In this document: in pieces, positions 53,301 through 64,000 of the stretch
Position numbering within the stretch: the stretch's first letter is position 1
How the letters are laid out: every line of letters starts with the position of its first letter
Assembly (NCBI GenBank): GCA_016748015.1
Contig: JAAOMT010000135.1
Coordinates: 991,085-1,055,084, forward strand
DNA: 64,000 nt
Direction: 5' to 3'
Source of the DNA: Geosiphon pyriformis uo1
Lineage: Eukaryota > Fungi > Glomeromycota
Notes under the pieces: model-generated
Told to the model about the DNA's origin: nothing
Database searches by the model: none
The model's input: the letters and a program-made list of their open reading frames with translations, nothing else
Translations under genes and position numbers: made by a program

Positions 53301-54963
53301 TTGTATATTAGTTTTGTTAACAATTTTTTAACAGAGATAGTAAAAATTTTTTTAGTCAATAATTTTTTTCTAAATAAAGAGCTGTTTAGTATATTTTATA
53401 GTCTTAGAAAGTTTTTGATGTTTAATATTTTAAGAAAGTTTTTGTATTATAATTTAGTTTATTTTCTAAAAAAGTTTAGTGTAGTATTTAGTAATAGGCT
53501 CTTAAATAAGCTTAGTAATATAATAAATTAAAAAATGTTTTACTATTAAAAAAGATTAGATCTTAGAAGCCCAGTACTGTTTTGGTTTAAATTGGCTTTA
53601 AAATTTTTACATAATAATAATTCTCTAGTAATTAATTCCAACTGCATAAATAGATCATTTAGGCTAAAAATTTTAGAATTTGATGAGTTTTTTAATGTTT
53701 ATAAACATTTATATAAGATTTAGTCAAATGTTATTAAAATTTATATTAATAAATTTTTAAAAAACTTGAGTACTATAAAGATAGTTTTTTGTTATCTACA
53801 ATGGCCAAATTGCAAACTGTTGCTTTGTCTTTAGAATATGTTTTTTTTTTGTGTAGTAACTCTATATTTGAATAGTTAAGTTATTATTAATATATATGTA
53901 TTTAAGACTAAGCTTAATACACCAGATTTTTGCAATTAATATTAGATAAAAAGAAAACATATTGTTAATTTAATTAAAAATAAGAATCTTAAAGTCAAAT
54001 AAGTTAAGATTAAGAGACATTTGAGTATATTAAACAATATTAAAACAGATTAATTAACAAATAAGACTGCAAATTTCTCCTTGTTTTTGCCAAATAGAGT
54101 TTATAAACATTTTATTGTAGTTGAAAACATGAGTGTTTTTGGTAATACTTGCTATTTTGTCTGAGATGTATATAAATTTATGTATTGTGCTCAGTGAGAA
54201 AATAGTTTTGGCTATAGTGTAGTTCCAAGAAAGTTAATTCAAAAAATGAATTAGCAGTCTATCATAAAAGTTTGGCATTTTGATTTGCATATGCTTATTG
54301 AATTCATGAATATAAGATCTGCCAATCTGCATATATATTTAATAAAACCTGTATATGGGCATTTGTTTGTAACTATTAGGAAAAGACTATATAATAAAGA
54401 GTACCTTAGAGTATTGTGTTTATTGTATAAAAAGATGAAATTTTCAGATTATGTCTTTATTTGTCCTAAAGATGCTGTTATTTGTGATGAAATTCTGACT
54501 AAGTTTGTTAACATCTGGATTTTTTTGATGAATATATGTAATCTTTTTTTTTCTGTTGTGTTCAAAACTTTTTCTAGATATTTGGGTGATGTAAATTTAT
54601 ATGTTATGATTTGTAAAAAATTTACATTAAAAGATTGGTATTTGAAAGCTGTGACAGCTTTCAAAAACAAAAAAAAGGTACTGGCTACTATGATTTTATT
54701 CATAAGACAGTTGGTAAAATTTTATTGTTTGAGAATTTGGCTCATCAGATTCAAGTTTAGAGCTGATATAGAGAGAGTAAATTTGGTGAGTGATAAAAGC
54801 ATGGTGTTTGGCCTGGCTGTTGGTTTGGTGGCTGGTTTGTTAGATGGTGTGGTTTATCTTTTGGGATTGATTGAGTCTTTTGCTGTTTAGTTTTGGTAGA
54901 TGCAAGCCATGTTTGTTTTTTTTTGGTTTGAGTAGTGATGTGAGAGTTCATATAGATACATAA
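50340..54963 (+). pseudogene. LINE ORF2 remnant, heavily eroded, with a short deletion in RNase H near 53785
   Basis: MSDMVWKFATCNV start, eroded RT motifs (L*DMHKIYN, FIDNIIW) and a C-terminal fragment at 54285-54890. Confidence 0.85.
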
Positions 54964-55047
54964 TGTTGTTTTGTCTGGTCTGAGTGGTTAGTTACATGTA
55001 AAAAGTGTATAAGTCATATTTAGTTTGAGCCATTTAGATTGGTTCTA

Positions 55048-55652
55048 CAGAGGGTGTCCAAAAGTTTCCGAACAAGTTTTATTTAACAATAATATTTATT
55101 TTTTTATAAAATAAAACAAAATAAACAACATATTTATAATTTTATAGTAATTTTCTAAATTTTTCCTTAAGTGTTACTAAACGTTTAAGTCGGCGATATT
55201 TTTGGTGAGTAAATAAACGTGGACGCCCTGAACGAGGTCTTGAATCAATTGAACCAGTTTCTTTAAATCGTTTTATTGTATTCGAAACTGTTGTCAAGCT
55301 GCAATTGACTATGTTGGCAATATCACGATATTTCTTGCCATGCTGTTGTAATAAGCATATAGTATTACGTTGAGCAATCGTTAATTCTTTTTTTGCTCCC
55401 ATTTCTTTTTAATAAAAACGACGAAAAAATCTTATATGCGCGTTACATTTAATTTTTATAAAAAAACGAGTATGAATAAAATCGATTATACGCGTCGCGA
55501 AAAAACATTATACACGCGTGTTTAAAAAAATAAAAAACGCGTAATTAAATAATTAACTAACTTAATTTAGTAATAAACTCGTGCTTTTCTAATTATTCAA
55601 GCATGTGGAATGTTACTCCAAAGTTTGTTCGGAAACTTTTGGATACCCTCTG
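55048..55652 (-). mobile_element. Non-autonomous Tc1/mariner deletion derivative (MITE-like, 605 bp)
   Basis: 28-bp TIRs CAGAGGGT(G/A)TCCAAAAGTTTCCGAACAA with one mismatch; TA duplication at 55046-47 and 55653-54. The LINE 3' UTR resumes after it. Confidence 0.95.
55142..55402 (-). pseudogene. Truncated Tc1-like transposase: N-terminal paired-like HTH plus GRPR motif only
   Basis: MGAKKELT...KYRDIANIVNCSLTTVSNTIKRFKETGSIDSRPRSGRPR; no DDE domain present. Confidence 0.88.
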
Positions 55653-55799
55653 TATGTACTAGATAGTAGTTGAGCTGTACTCATTAAATAAAATTATTAA
55701 AAAAAAAATTTATTAAATAAAAAATCAATCAATTTAATTTTAATTTTATAAAAATATATAAGTAATATAAATTTCAGTTTAAATACTTTTTAATTTAAT

Positions 55800-55800
<1 letters not shown>

Positions 55801-55865
<65 letters not shown>
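55801..55865. repeat. (TAA)n microsatellite
   Basis: Read directly from the sequence. Confidence 0.9.
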
Positions 55866-56211
55866 TATTAATTTATTATTATTATTTTTATTTTTATAAA
55901 ATACTTAAAAACTATTAATATTATTAAAAAATTTTTAAAATTAAATAATAAAATATATTATATTATATTATATTATATTATATTATACCAAAAAATAAAA
56001 AAAATAAAAAATATTTTATATATATATATTTTTTTTATGTATTAAAAACAAAAATTAATTCTTAAAAATTTAACATAATCTTTATATTTAATTGGTAAAA
56101 AAATATTATTAAAAAAAAACAACTTACCTTTCCGCAATTTTTACTTAAAAAATTCACTAAACAGAAATATCAGTTATAATACTTGTAAGATCAAATTTAT
56201 CCAATTCTCAG

Positions 56212-56340
56212 NNNNNNNNNNNNNNNNNNNNNNNNNNNNNNNNNNNNNNNNNNNNNNNNNNNNNNNNNNNNNNNNNNNNNNNNNNNNNNNNNNNNNNNNN
56301 NNNNNNNNNNNNNNNNNNNNNNNNNNNNNNNNNNNNNNNN
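56212..56340. other. Assembly gap (N run)
   Basis: Run of N. Confidence 1.
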
Positions 56341-56372
<32 letters not shown>

Positions 56373-56638
56373 GTTAGATTTTCATGAATGAATTTTGTTT
56401 GTTTGATAACATTTCACTGATTTACCTTTATAGTGAGATGGCTCTCAATCATATTAAATTTCACACTTGATTATGAACATTGTTAGTGAGGTTTTTTTAT
56501 CAATGGCTGCCCACCCGCCCACAATAATTCTTTTTCCTTTTTCGGCTAAGAAAAAATTGATTTACCTAGAAAACTTCCCAGTCCTGATGACGATATTATG
56601 AATAATGATGATGATGATGATGTTTTGAATGATTATGT

Positions 56639-56642
<4 letters not shown>

Positions 56643-56684
<42 letters not shown>
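56643..56684. repeat. (GAT)n microsatellite
   Basis: Read directly from the sequence. Confidence 0.9.
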
Positions 56685-56685
<1 letters not shown>

Positions 56686-57084
56686 GTGATGTGTCTTTCA
56701 GTGGGCTAAGAACGATATACACCCAGGGGCTTGTAATACATTGAATTCCTGTTTATTGATTAGTGATTGGCCCGAAAATTTTCATTTGTGGGGGGGAAAA
56801 AATATTGAAAAAAAAGCAAAAAATTACAGAGATTGAAAGTTCATATAAAAAATCCATCAATCGTGCGGCTACCTATCCTTATTATTATTGGAGAAAAATC
56901 ACCCAGAGAGATATTAAATCAAACGACCATAACAATACTATCAACAAAAGGGCTTTCAACAAAGCAGATCTTTATTAATCAGGCAAAGAATCAAAGAATC
57001 AAAGAATCCATAAGAGTCCATTTAAAATCCAGATGACAAACACCTGAGAATAAAAAGTCACATATTAAATTGAAACAAACAAGA

Positions 57085-57132
57085 AAACAAACAAACAAAC
57101 AAACAAACAAACAAACAAACAAACAAACAAAC
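57085..57132. repeat. (AAAC)n microsatellite
   Basis: Read directly from the sequence. Confidence 0.9.
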
Positions 57133-58249
57133 CATGACCCAAGATTATACGAGTGATTAATATGGCACGAAAAAAAAAAAAGACTTTCTAAATTGAAATT
57201 CAAAGTTTCCAGGAAAAACAAAAAAGTGTATAAAAATGAATTATTCCCAACAGGATGGTTTTCATTACTCATTTAGCTCTAGAATATTTTAGTAACCGAT
57301 GTTTGATACGTGAGATTAATTTTTTAATTGTTGGCTTAAATGGGACATTATAAAGAGTTACTAATCGGCTATTTGACAAAAAAATTAAAAAAGACTCGAG
57401 TTATTTTACTCGAATGATAATAATAAAATAATACTGGTCAAAGTGTTTTTACAATATTTTGGGCAAGGCTAAATGGTTTAATATTTAAGACAAAATTCAA
57501 TCATGAAAATGCTAGTCCATAAATAGTATTTAGATCCTTCGCCCACTAATTGAATAGTCATGAAAAAAAATGAATAAAAAAGATAGGAAATTATGTTTAG
57601 TCCAAGAATACTTTAAAACCCACCATTTTTAAGAAAAGAGAAAAATACTGTTATTTTTAAGAGTCTTTTTTAATAACAAAGATCTTCCATTGTGATAATC
57701 ACGATGAAAAATAGTTAAATTATAATCCATTAAAATAATTAATCTAATTTTTAAATTTACTTGAATGAATTAAAAAAAACAAACCATTGTACAACAAAAA
57801 TTATATAAATCTTATATATAATATTTATATAATATCTTTGGAATAATTGATTTTAGAAAGAATTTCTTTGATTTTTTTCTAAAAAAAATAAATATTTAAA
57901 AGTAATTGCAGCAATTTCTTCGGTCTATAACTTTTATTTAATAAGAATAGAAATGATTTTATCTTTATAAGCAGTTTATATAAGCTTAAAAGAAACCTCT
58001 TTTTTTTTTTTTCAGCAAATCTAAAGTCATTTGATTTTTTGGAGTTTAGCATTTTTTGATTTTTATATAATTTTTTTCGATCAAGCGTAAAATATGTAAA
58101 TTTAATTGTTGCTAATTATCGGGATCCCAAGAAGCATAAAAGTTTTTTAAGATAAAAGAATAGCGATTTGAAAGAATATATTTCAATTTTTCGATCGATT
58201 GAAAGAATTTAAATGATGTAATTAGGTAAAGATTAATGTAGGTTGGTCG

Positions 58250-58335
58250 GTTGGTTAGGTTTTGGTTAGGTTTTGGTTTGGTTTTGTTTTGTTTTGGTTT
58301 GGTTTGGTTTGGTTTGGTTTGGTTTGGTTTTGGTT
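58250..58335. repeat. Imperfect (GGTTT)n microsatellite
   Basis: Read directly from the sequence. Confidence 0.85.
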
Positions 58336-59478
58336 TTTTGAAATATTTATTGTATTTTAAAATATTTTTAATTTATAATCCACTCAAACTAAACGAAGTT
58401 ACTTTAATATATATATATAAATTTTATAAAGACAGTTTCGAAATTATAGATAAAAAATTTTTATTATTTTATTTAATAGATATTTTAATTAAACATTATA
58501 ATTAAAAAAAGAATCACTTGAAAAATATGTAAAAAAATTTAATGGTTTAATCTGGATAAGAAACTAATTTATTTTATTTTATTTTATTTTTATTTTATTT
58601 TTTTTTACACGGATCAATTATTCAAAATTTAACCAAAATTACAAATTACAAATTAAAAGTTTTATAAAAGTTTTTTTAAAATATTTAAGAAATAAAGTTT
58701 TAAATCAAATTATTTTACATATTATTATACATTTATTTAATTTAACATGAATAAATTTATATTTTTCCGTAATATATATTTATTTTAATAACTAATCGAA
58801 AAAAAACCTTATTCTTATTTATTTAAAATTTCTTATTCTTGTTTTACTATATGTATATGTATATGTATATCTATATCTTTACCTATACTTAAATCCATAC
58901 CTATATTTATACTTTTAAGAGAATTATTTTAAATATGAACTCTTTTATAATCTTATTAGTAATAACTTATGATTAGCTTGAAAAATTGTGAAATACCTAA
59001 TTTGTCGATTAAATTTGATTAGAAATTCCGAATTAAAATTTTTAAATTTTTAAATTTGATTAAGATTTATTATATGAATTTATTCTTAAATTTGAAATTC
59101 TTTTAATAATTATACAAATATATTCTATTTATGTTTAAAAAACAGTTTTCGAATATTAAAAATTTTCAAATATAATAAGTAATACCATTTTTTTTTAAAA
59201 TTTTAAAAACTTAATAGATTTATAAAAGCATAAAGTTAAAGTTTTAAAAGTTCTATATGAATTTTTTTAAAAATTTCTTATACATTTAATAAAAACTTTA
59301 AAAATATTAATTAAAAATATTTGTTAATATGATTAATAAAGACTGATTGAAAATTTATTTTCGTGTGCATTAAAAAGGTTTATATTGATGGTAAAGAATT
59401 TTTAAAATTTTGATATTATGTTTATGAAATAATTATCTTGGAAGAAATTATATAAGCATTCACAACAACAACAACAAC

Positions 59479-59511
<33 letters not shown>

Positions 59512-59760
59512 TAGTTTTTATAAATACATACTAATATAAATTCTCCGATTTGGCTTCCAAATATTTCATGTGAATAAAAATAACAATGATAATCATAATT
59601 ATAATAGATGTTGTAAAATACAATCATAATCTCGTGTTAAAATCAGAAATAAAAACATCCAAAACTATCAAATAATAAGTTATAATGTGTAACGTAGTTC
59701 TAATAGTTTTATTGGTTATTATTATTATTATTTTTAAAAGGAAATTATTTTTAATCAATT

Positions 59761-59803
59761 AGGAAGGAAGGAAGGAAGGAAGAAAGGAAGGAAGGAAGGA
59801 AGG
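59761..59803. repeat. (AGGA)n microsatellite
   Basis: Read directly from the sequence. Confidence 0.9.
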
Positions 59804-59899
59804 TATAACTTCTTTTGTAAACTAAATGTTTTAACCCAATTTTTAATATATTATTAAATGATAAGAATATTCAAAGGTTAAAAGTTTTTCATTTATAAA

Positions 59900-59935
<36 letters not shown>

Positions 59936-60473
59936 GTTTACAAGATTATTCCCTATTAAACTTTAAAATTGTTTTAAACATCGGAAACAAAACTTTATCA
60001 CTTCGGAGAATTTTATGATAAGCATTGTCAAGAGAAAAAAAAAATTCCGAGGTAAGTTAAAAATCAACTAAAAAAGAGTATATTCTACTTTTAACTTATT
60101 TGAGATTTCCTTTAGCCCGTAAACCATGCATATTTGGCCAAATGAAGACTTTTGGCGTTTTTTTTTAAGGTTAATACGGGTTATAATATACCTAATCTTT
60201 TAAATATTTAAGAATGAACTAAAACCTAAAATTATATTTTTATTTTTTTGAGATTTTAACATAGTATAATGTTTGTTATTTAAAAATAAAAATAAATAAA
60301 AAGATTAATAATTTGTATGTATTTAATTTATTAAATCTGATTTTGCAGTCTTTTATTAAAATTTAAAAGGGAATTAAAAAATCATTTGAATTTCTCCGAG
60401 AATTTATTTATTTCTAATAGGGCTTATGGTTATTTTTAATAATGGTATATCAATATTCTTGGAGTTTTGTGAG

Positions 60474-60517
<44 letters not shown>

Positions 60518-61129
60518 GAAAAAGAGAATTTATAATTTAGGAATGTTTTTTTAATAAGTTGAAAATAAAATTTTCCTAATAAATAAATTCATACATATAT
60601 ATAGAGTTACCGAATATTGATTAAAAATCTGTTCATAAAGTTGCTCCCGATTGAAATTTATTGGTTAGACTTATTATAAAGACCTGTGGTATAAATAAGT
60701 CTTTATCCGAAAAAACGCCACATATCTAATTTAAGTTAAGTAATGTGTGTGTGTGTATGTGTATGTGTGTGTACTTCTTTTGAAAATAAAAACTGTAAAA
60801 AATCTCTCCGGGAATTATATAACAATGAACAAAATGAATGAAACTCGGTAACTATAAATATGATTGTTTTGACATTTTACTATTATAAAATTTTTTTCTA
60901 ATCTAGACTTTCTTGTGATCTAACACTATTATCATTATGTCGATTATTCCGAATGAGTATCTTATATTAAATTCTTCCCAGACTTTTTCTCCTTAAAAAA
61001 TATCTATTATTTCTTTCCTTCTTGTCGAAAATAAGTAGTGGATAGTTAGTTGTATCGCGTATCTTTTGATTATGAGAATTAAAGAGGGTATTTCCTTTTT
61101 TTCACAGTTTTTTCTTTTATTCTTTGTGT

Positions 61130-61230
61130 GAAGAAGAACAAGAAGAAGAAGAACAAGAAGAACAGGAAGAAGAAGAACAAGAACAAGAAGAAGAACAAGA
61201 AGAACAAGAAGATGAAGAAGAAGAAGATGA
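61130..61230. repeat. Imperfect (GAA)n/(CAA) microsatellite
   Basis: Read directly from the sequence. Confidence 0.85.
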
Positions 61231-62056
61231 TTGTTTATCTATTCTTTATCAACCGATAAATTCTCGAAATTTCTTTAACCATTTATCGATTTCCTTTTTT
61301 TTTTTTTTTTTTCTCATAATTCTAATTATATTATTCTTAGCCATTCAAGTTATAATATGTGTAAAATCAGGTTATATAGAAGAAAGTGAGATTAGTAATT
61401 TTTTAGAATATTATTAAAAATTTAGGTGGTTAATTGAATAATTAAATATGCACGGTAATTATCGATTTAAATTTCTAAAATAATAAGATGTAAGGGGGAG
61501 AGAGTATAGTTTTAAATGATGACGAAAATTTTTTTTTTTGAATCGGATGATGCAAAGTAGATCTTTTTTATTACGATAAATTTTTTTTTATGCCGAAAGA
61601 ATATTCCGAGCTGAAACTTAACTTTTTAAATAAGTCCGATAAAAAATCGATATAAAAAAATATTTTAGGAATTTTTTTTTTTTTTTTTTAAGTTTAAATT
61701 AAAGAAGATACTAAATAGAAATAAGAGATTTAAAAAAATCTTCTAATTTGCCAAGAAAAAGTTTGTAAAGAAGATCTAATAATTTTTTTTAGATTTATCG
61801 GATCTTTTCCAGTTGTAGTTAAGAAAAGGAATGTCTTTGAATGATATAATGAGTAATTTTTAGTATCGCACGAGTTCATTTAATTAAGGCTCTAACCATA
61901 TTTCTAATTTAAACTTGAAGCCTCAAGTATCTAAAGAAGCTTTTATATGATCTGCAAAGATAAAGAATTGGGTTGTTTCAAATTTTTTTATACTCAAAAA
62001 ATTCTTGCATCATTTTATGGGTTCCCCAATATGAAAATGTCAATATTATTGATTCT

Positions 62057-62165
62057 GAAACGTAACGAAACGAAACGAAACGAAACGAAACGAAACGAAA
62101 CGAAACGAACCGAAACTAAACTCAACTAAACTAAACTAAATCAAACTAAACTAAATTAAATTAAA
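62057..62165. repeat. (GAAAC)n grading into (TAAAC)n pentanucleotide repeat
   Basis: Read directly from the sequence. Confidence 0.85.
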
Positions 62166-62868
62166 TTTTATTTTTTTTTATTTTTTTGGTAACGATATAC
62201 TCTGATTGGGGGATTATGAATTTCATCAAAATTTTTTTTTGAACCTCATGATCTTGTTAATTAAAATATTTATATATTAATGGCATGACCGAATCTTTTA
62301 ATTCCTTTATTATATACGTAATTTAATAAAAAAATTATTGTTGTTTCATTTATAAATTTACTGATTCACCACTGCATCAGACATTAGCAATCACATCTTT
62401 TCCCCGAGTATCTTTGATCGTGATCTTAGTCATATTGTCTGATATATAAATTTTGAATGTTATCTTGTTCAAAAAAAAAAAAATACAACCTTACTAACAC
62501 TTATTTGACTGACTCAAAGATCCCATTTGCAGCTCAGAAATACCCCAATTCATTCATGATATCTTCGTCATCTACTTTTTAATGTGACGTCAATAGTTTG
62601 TCAAACAATCTGCGGAGGTAGACTAATTTTTTTCATTGACACAAAAAAGATGTGAGCAATAGAAACTTTGGGTATAGTTTCACCCTTCATTTTGTTAAAA
62701 TATATAAAGACTTTGGTAAAAGGTCCAGACTACTTGACATAAGAAGAGAATCCCAACCATGCCTTTTTAACTATAAAATTTTTTTAAAGTTTGAAAAAAT
62801 TTTTCTAAATCAAAATTTCTTTGTGAACTTTTCTTGTGACTTTTTTTCATTCATACGATTAACACGTT

Positions 62869-62895
62869 AACAACAACAACAACAACAACAACAAC

Positions 62896-62965
<70 letters not shown>
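62869..62965. repeat. Compound (AAC)n(AAT)n microsatellite
   Basis: Read directly from the sequence. Confidence 0.9.
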
Positions 62966-62966
<1 letters not shown>

Positions 62967-63138
62967 CATAATCAAATATATAGCTTAACGATTCAAGTCT
63001 CTTTCAAGTAAATCTTTTTAGAAATTTAAAATCTAAAATGGTAAAGTTATCGAAAATTCTTTTTTTTTAAATCAACCTGAAAAAGTAAGGATAAAGGTAA
63101 AAGGTAAAATGTAAAATGTAAAAAAAATTAACAAAAAC

Positions 63139-63173
63139 NNNNNNNNNNNNNNNNNNNNNNNNNNNNNNNNNNN
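63139..63173. other. Assembly gap (N run)
   Basis: Run of N. Confidence 1.
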
Positions 63174-63399
63174 AACCGTCCAAATAAAAACAAATGATGG
63201 AAGATTTTTGGCCAATGATTTTAAAATTGACAGATGATAACATGTTCATCCAATACAAATAGACAGAAGAAATAAAAAAAATTTTTATTTTAACCTAAAT
63301 TCGGATTTTCAATAATTGATTGCATCATATTATCATCAAGGAATATGTCATAACACTTATAATAGCAAATAACGTTTAACAGATTAAAATCTAGACGCG

Positions 63400-63435
<36 letters not shown>

Positions 63436-64000
63436 CATCTCAATAGTTTAATTAACTTGGTTTCCTTTCGTTCTTTTTCGTTTCCATTGCAAATGTGTAA
63501 ACTGATGGCTTGAAAGTTGATGGTACAGATTAAAAGGAAAAGTTTCAGGTTTGTCTTTTTGAAACCTTTCCGTTCTATCTTTTTTTTCTTCTTGTTGCTG
63601 TTGTTATTGTTGTTATTGTTGTTGTTGTTCTTCTTCTTCTTCTTCTTCTTCTTCTTCTGTCGTATTTTTATTTTGTTTATACATACTTTTTCCATTCACA
63701 CTTTTTTCATTATATTTGTTTTTGTCACGCGCGACAGACGAAGAAGAAAAGGCACATATTCAAGCTCGTTATCCATAAATAATTTTTTCGTCCCAAAAAC
63801 ACATTATCAACAATTTTCAAAAATCTAGACCTTTTTGATTATATTTGTCCAAAGAAAATTAAACACTCCACGAAAAATCTAATTTTTGATATCTTTATAA
63901 AATAAATAGAGTATATTAATATTTTAATTTTAATTTTAATTTTTTAATAAAAATAATCTAAAAATTTATGTTTGGGTAAGAAAAAATTTGCTGTATAATT

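Larger units (their letters stand above)
47457..55708 (+). mobile_element. LINE copy 5, most heavily hypermutated, with two nested insertions
   Basis: 5' motif at 47457-47525, ORF1 and ORF2 remnants, a 3' UTR split by a Tc1-like element, terminal motif TTGAGCTGTACTCATTAA and an A-rich tail. Confidence 0.88.

Noticed and set aside
56570-56743. Acidic reading frame (KLPSPDDD...GLVIH*) after an AG, a possible terminal exon
   Set aside because: Openness is largely due to a (GAT)n repeat and no upstream exon can be linked because of the gap.
58250-58335. Telomere-like repeat (GGTTAGG/GGTTT)
   Set aside because: Mostly (GGTTT)n with no TTAGGG array; treated as an ordinary microsatellite.
61124-61417. 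Glu-rich ORF with a hydrophobic tail, and similar ORFs at 56991, 58251, 61947, 63435 and 63517
   Set aside because: Products of microsatellites and poly-T runs, mostly lacking an ATG start.
62365-62385. In-frame TGA next to Cys as a possible selenocysteine codon
   Set aside because: The neighbouring block also has TAA and TGA stops, and no selenoprotein family or SECIS element is recognisable.

Overview
AT-rich, intron-containing fungal DNA. Gene style and repeat content suggest Mucoromycota/Glomeromycotina (Geosiphon-like); this is an inference. About 60% of the window is one family of non-LTR retrotransposons (LINEs): ORF1 with an RRM-like region and CCHC knuckle, ORF2 with APE endonuclease, RT, RNase H and CCHC. 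There are five near-full-length, stop-riddled copies (174-6881 +; 15803-22586, 22945-29757 and 31927-38735 -; 47457-55708 +) plus the 3' end of a sixth (1-173). All five copies keep an ATGA stop/start overlap between ORF1 and ORF2, four share a 5' motif, and all six 3' ends carry a covarying double hairpin followed by A/(TAA)n tails. The copies show graded C->T/G->A hypermutation on both strands that extends well beyond CpG and ends in near-GC-free deserts, while adjacent host genes and two Tc1/mariner elements keep their CpGs. The most eroded copy contains a nested solo LTR (47621-48502) and a 605-bp Tc1-like deletion derivative (55048-55652). Host genes: a probable Rrn11/TAF1A-like protein, a 14-TMS MFS transporter with a very long N-terminal extension, and a compact island of LSC1/SUCLG1, MAD2, TAM41 and a FLX1/SLC25A32-like carrier. 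After an assembly gap (56212-56340) the DNA is microsatellite-rich with no convincing gene. All alignments were done by eye; element boundaries are approximate.
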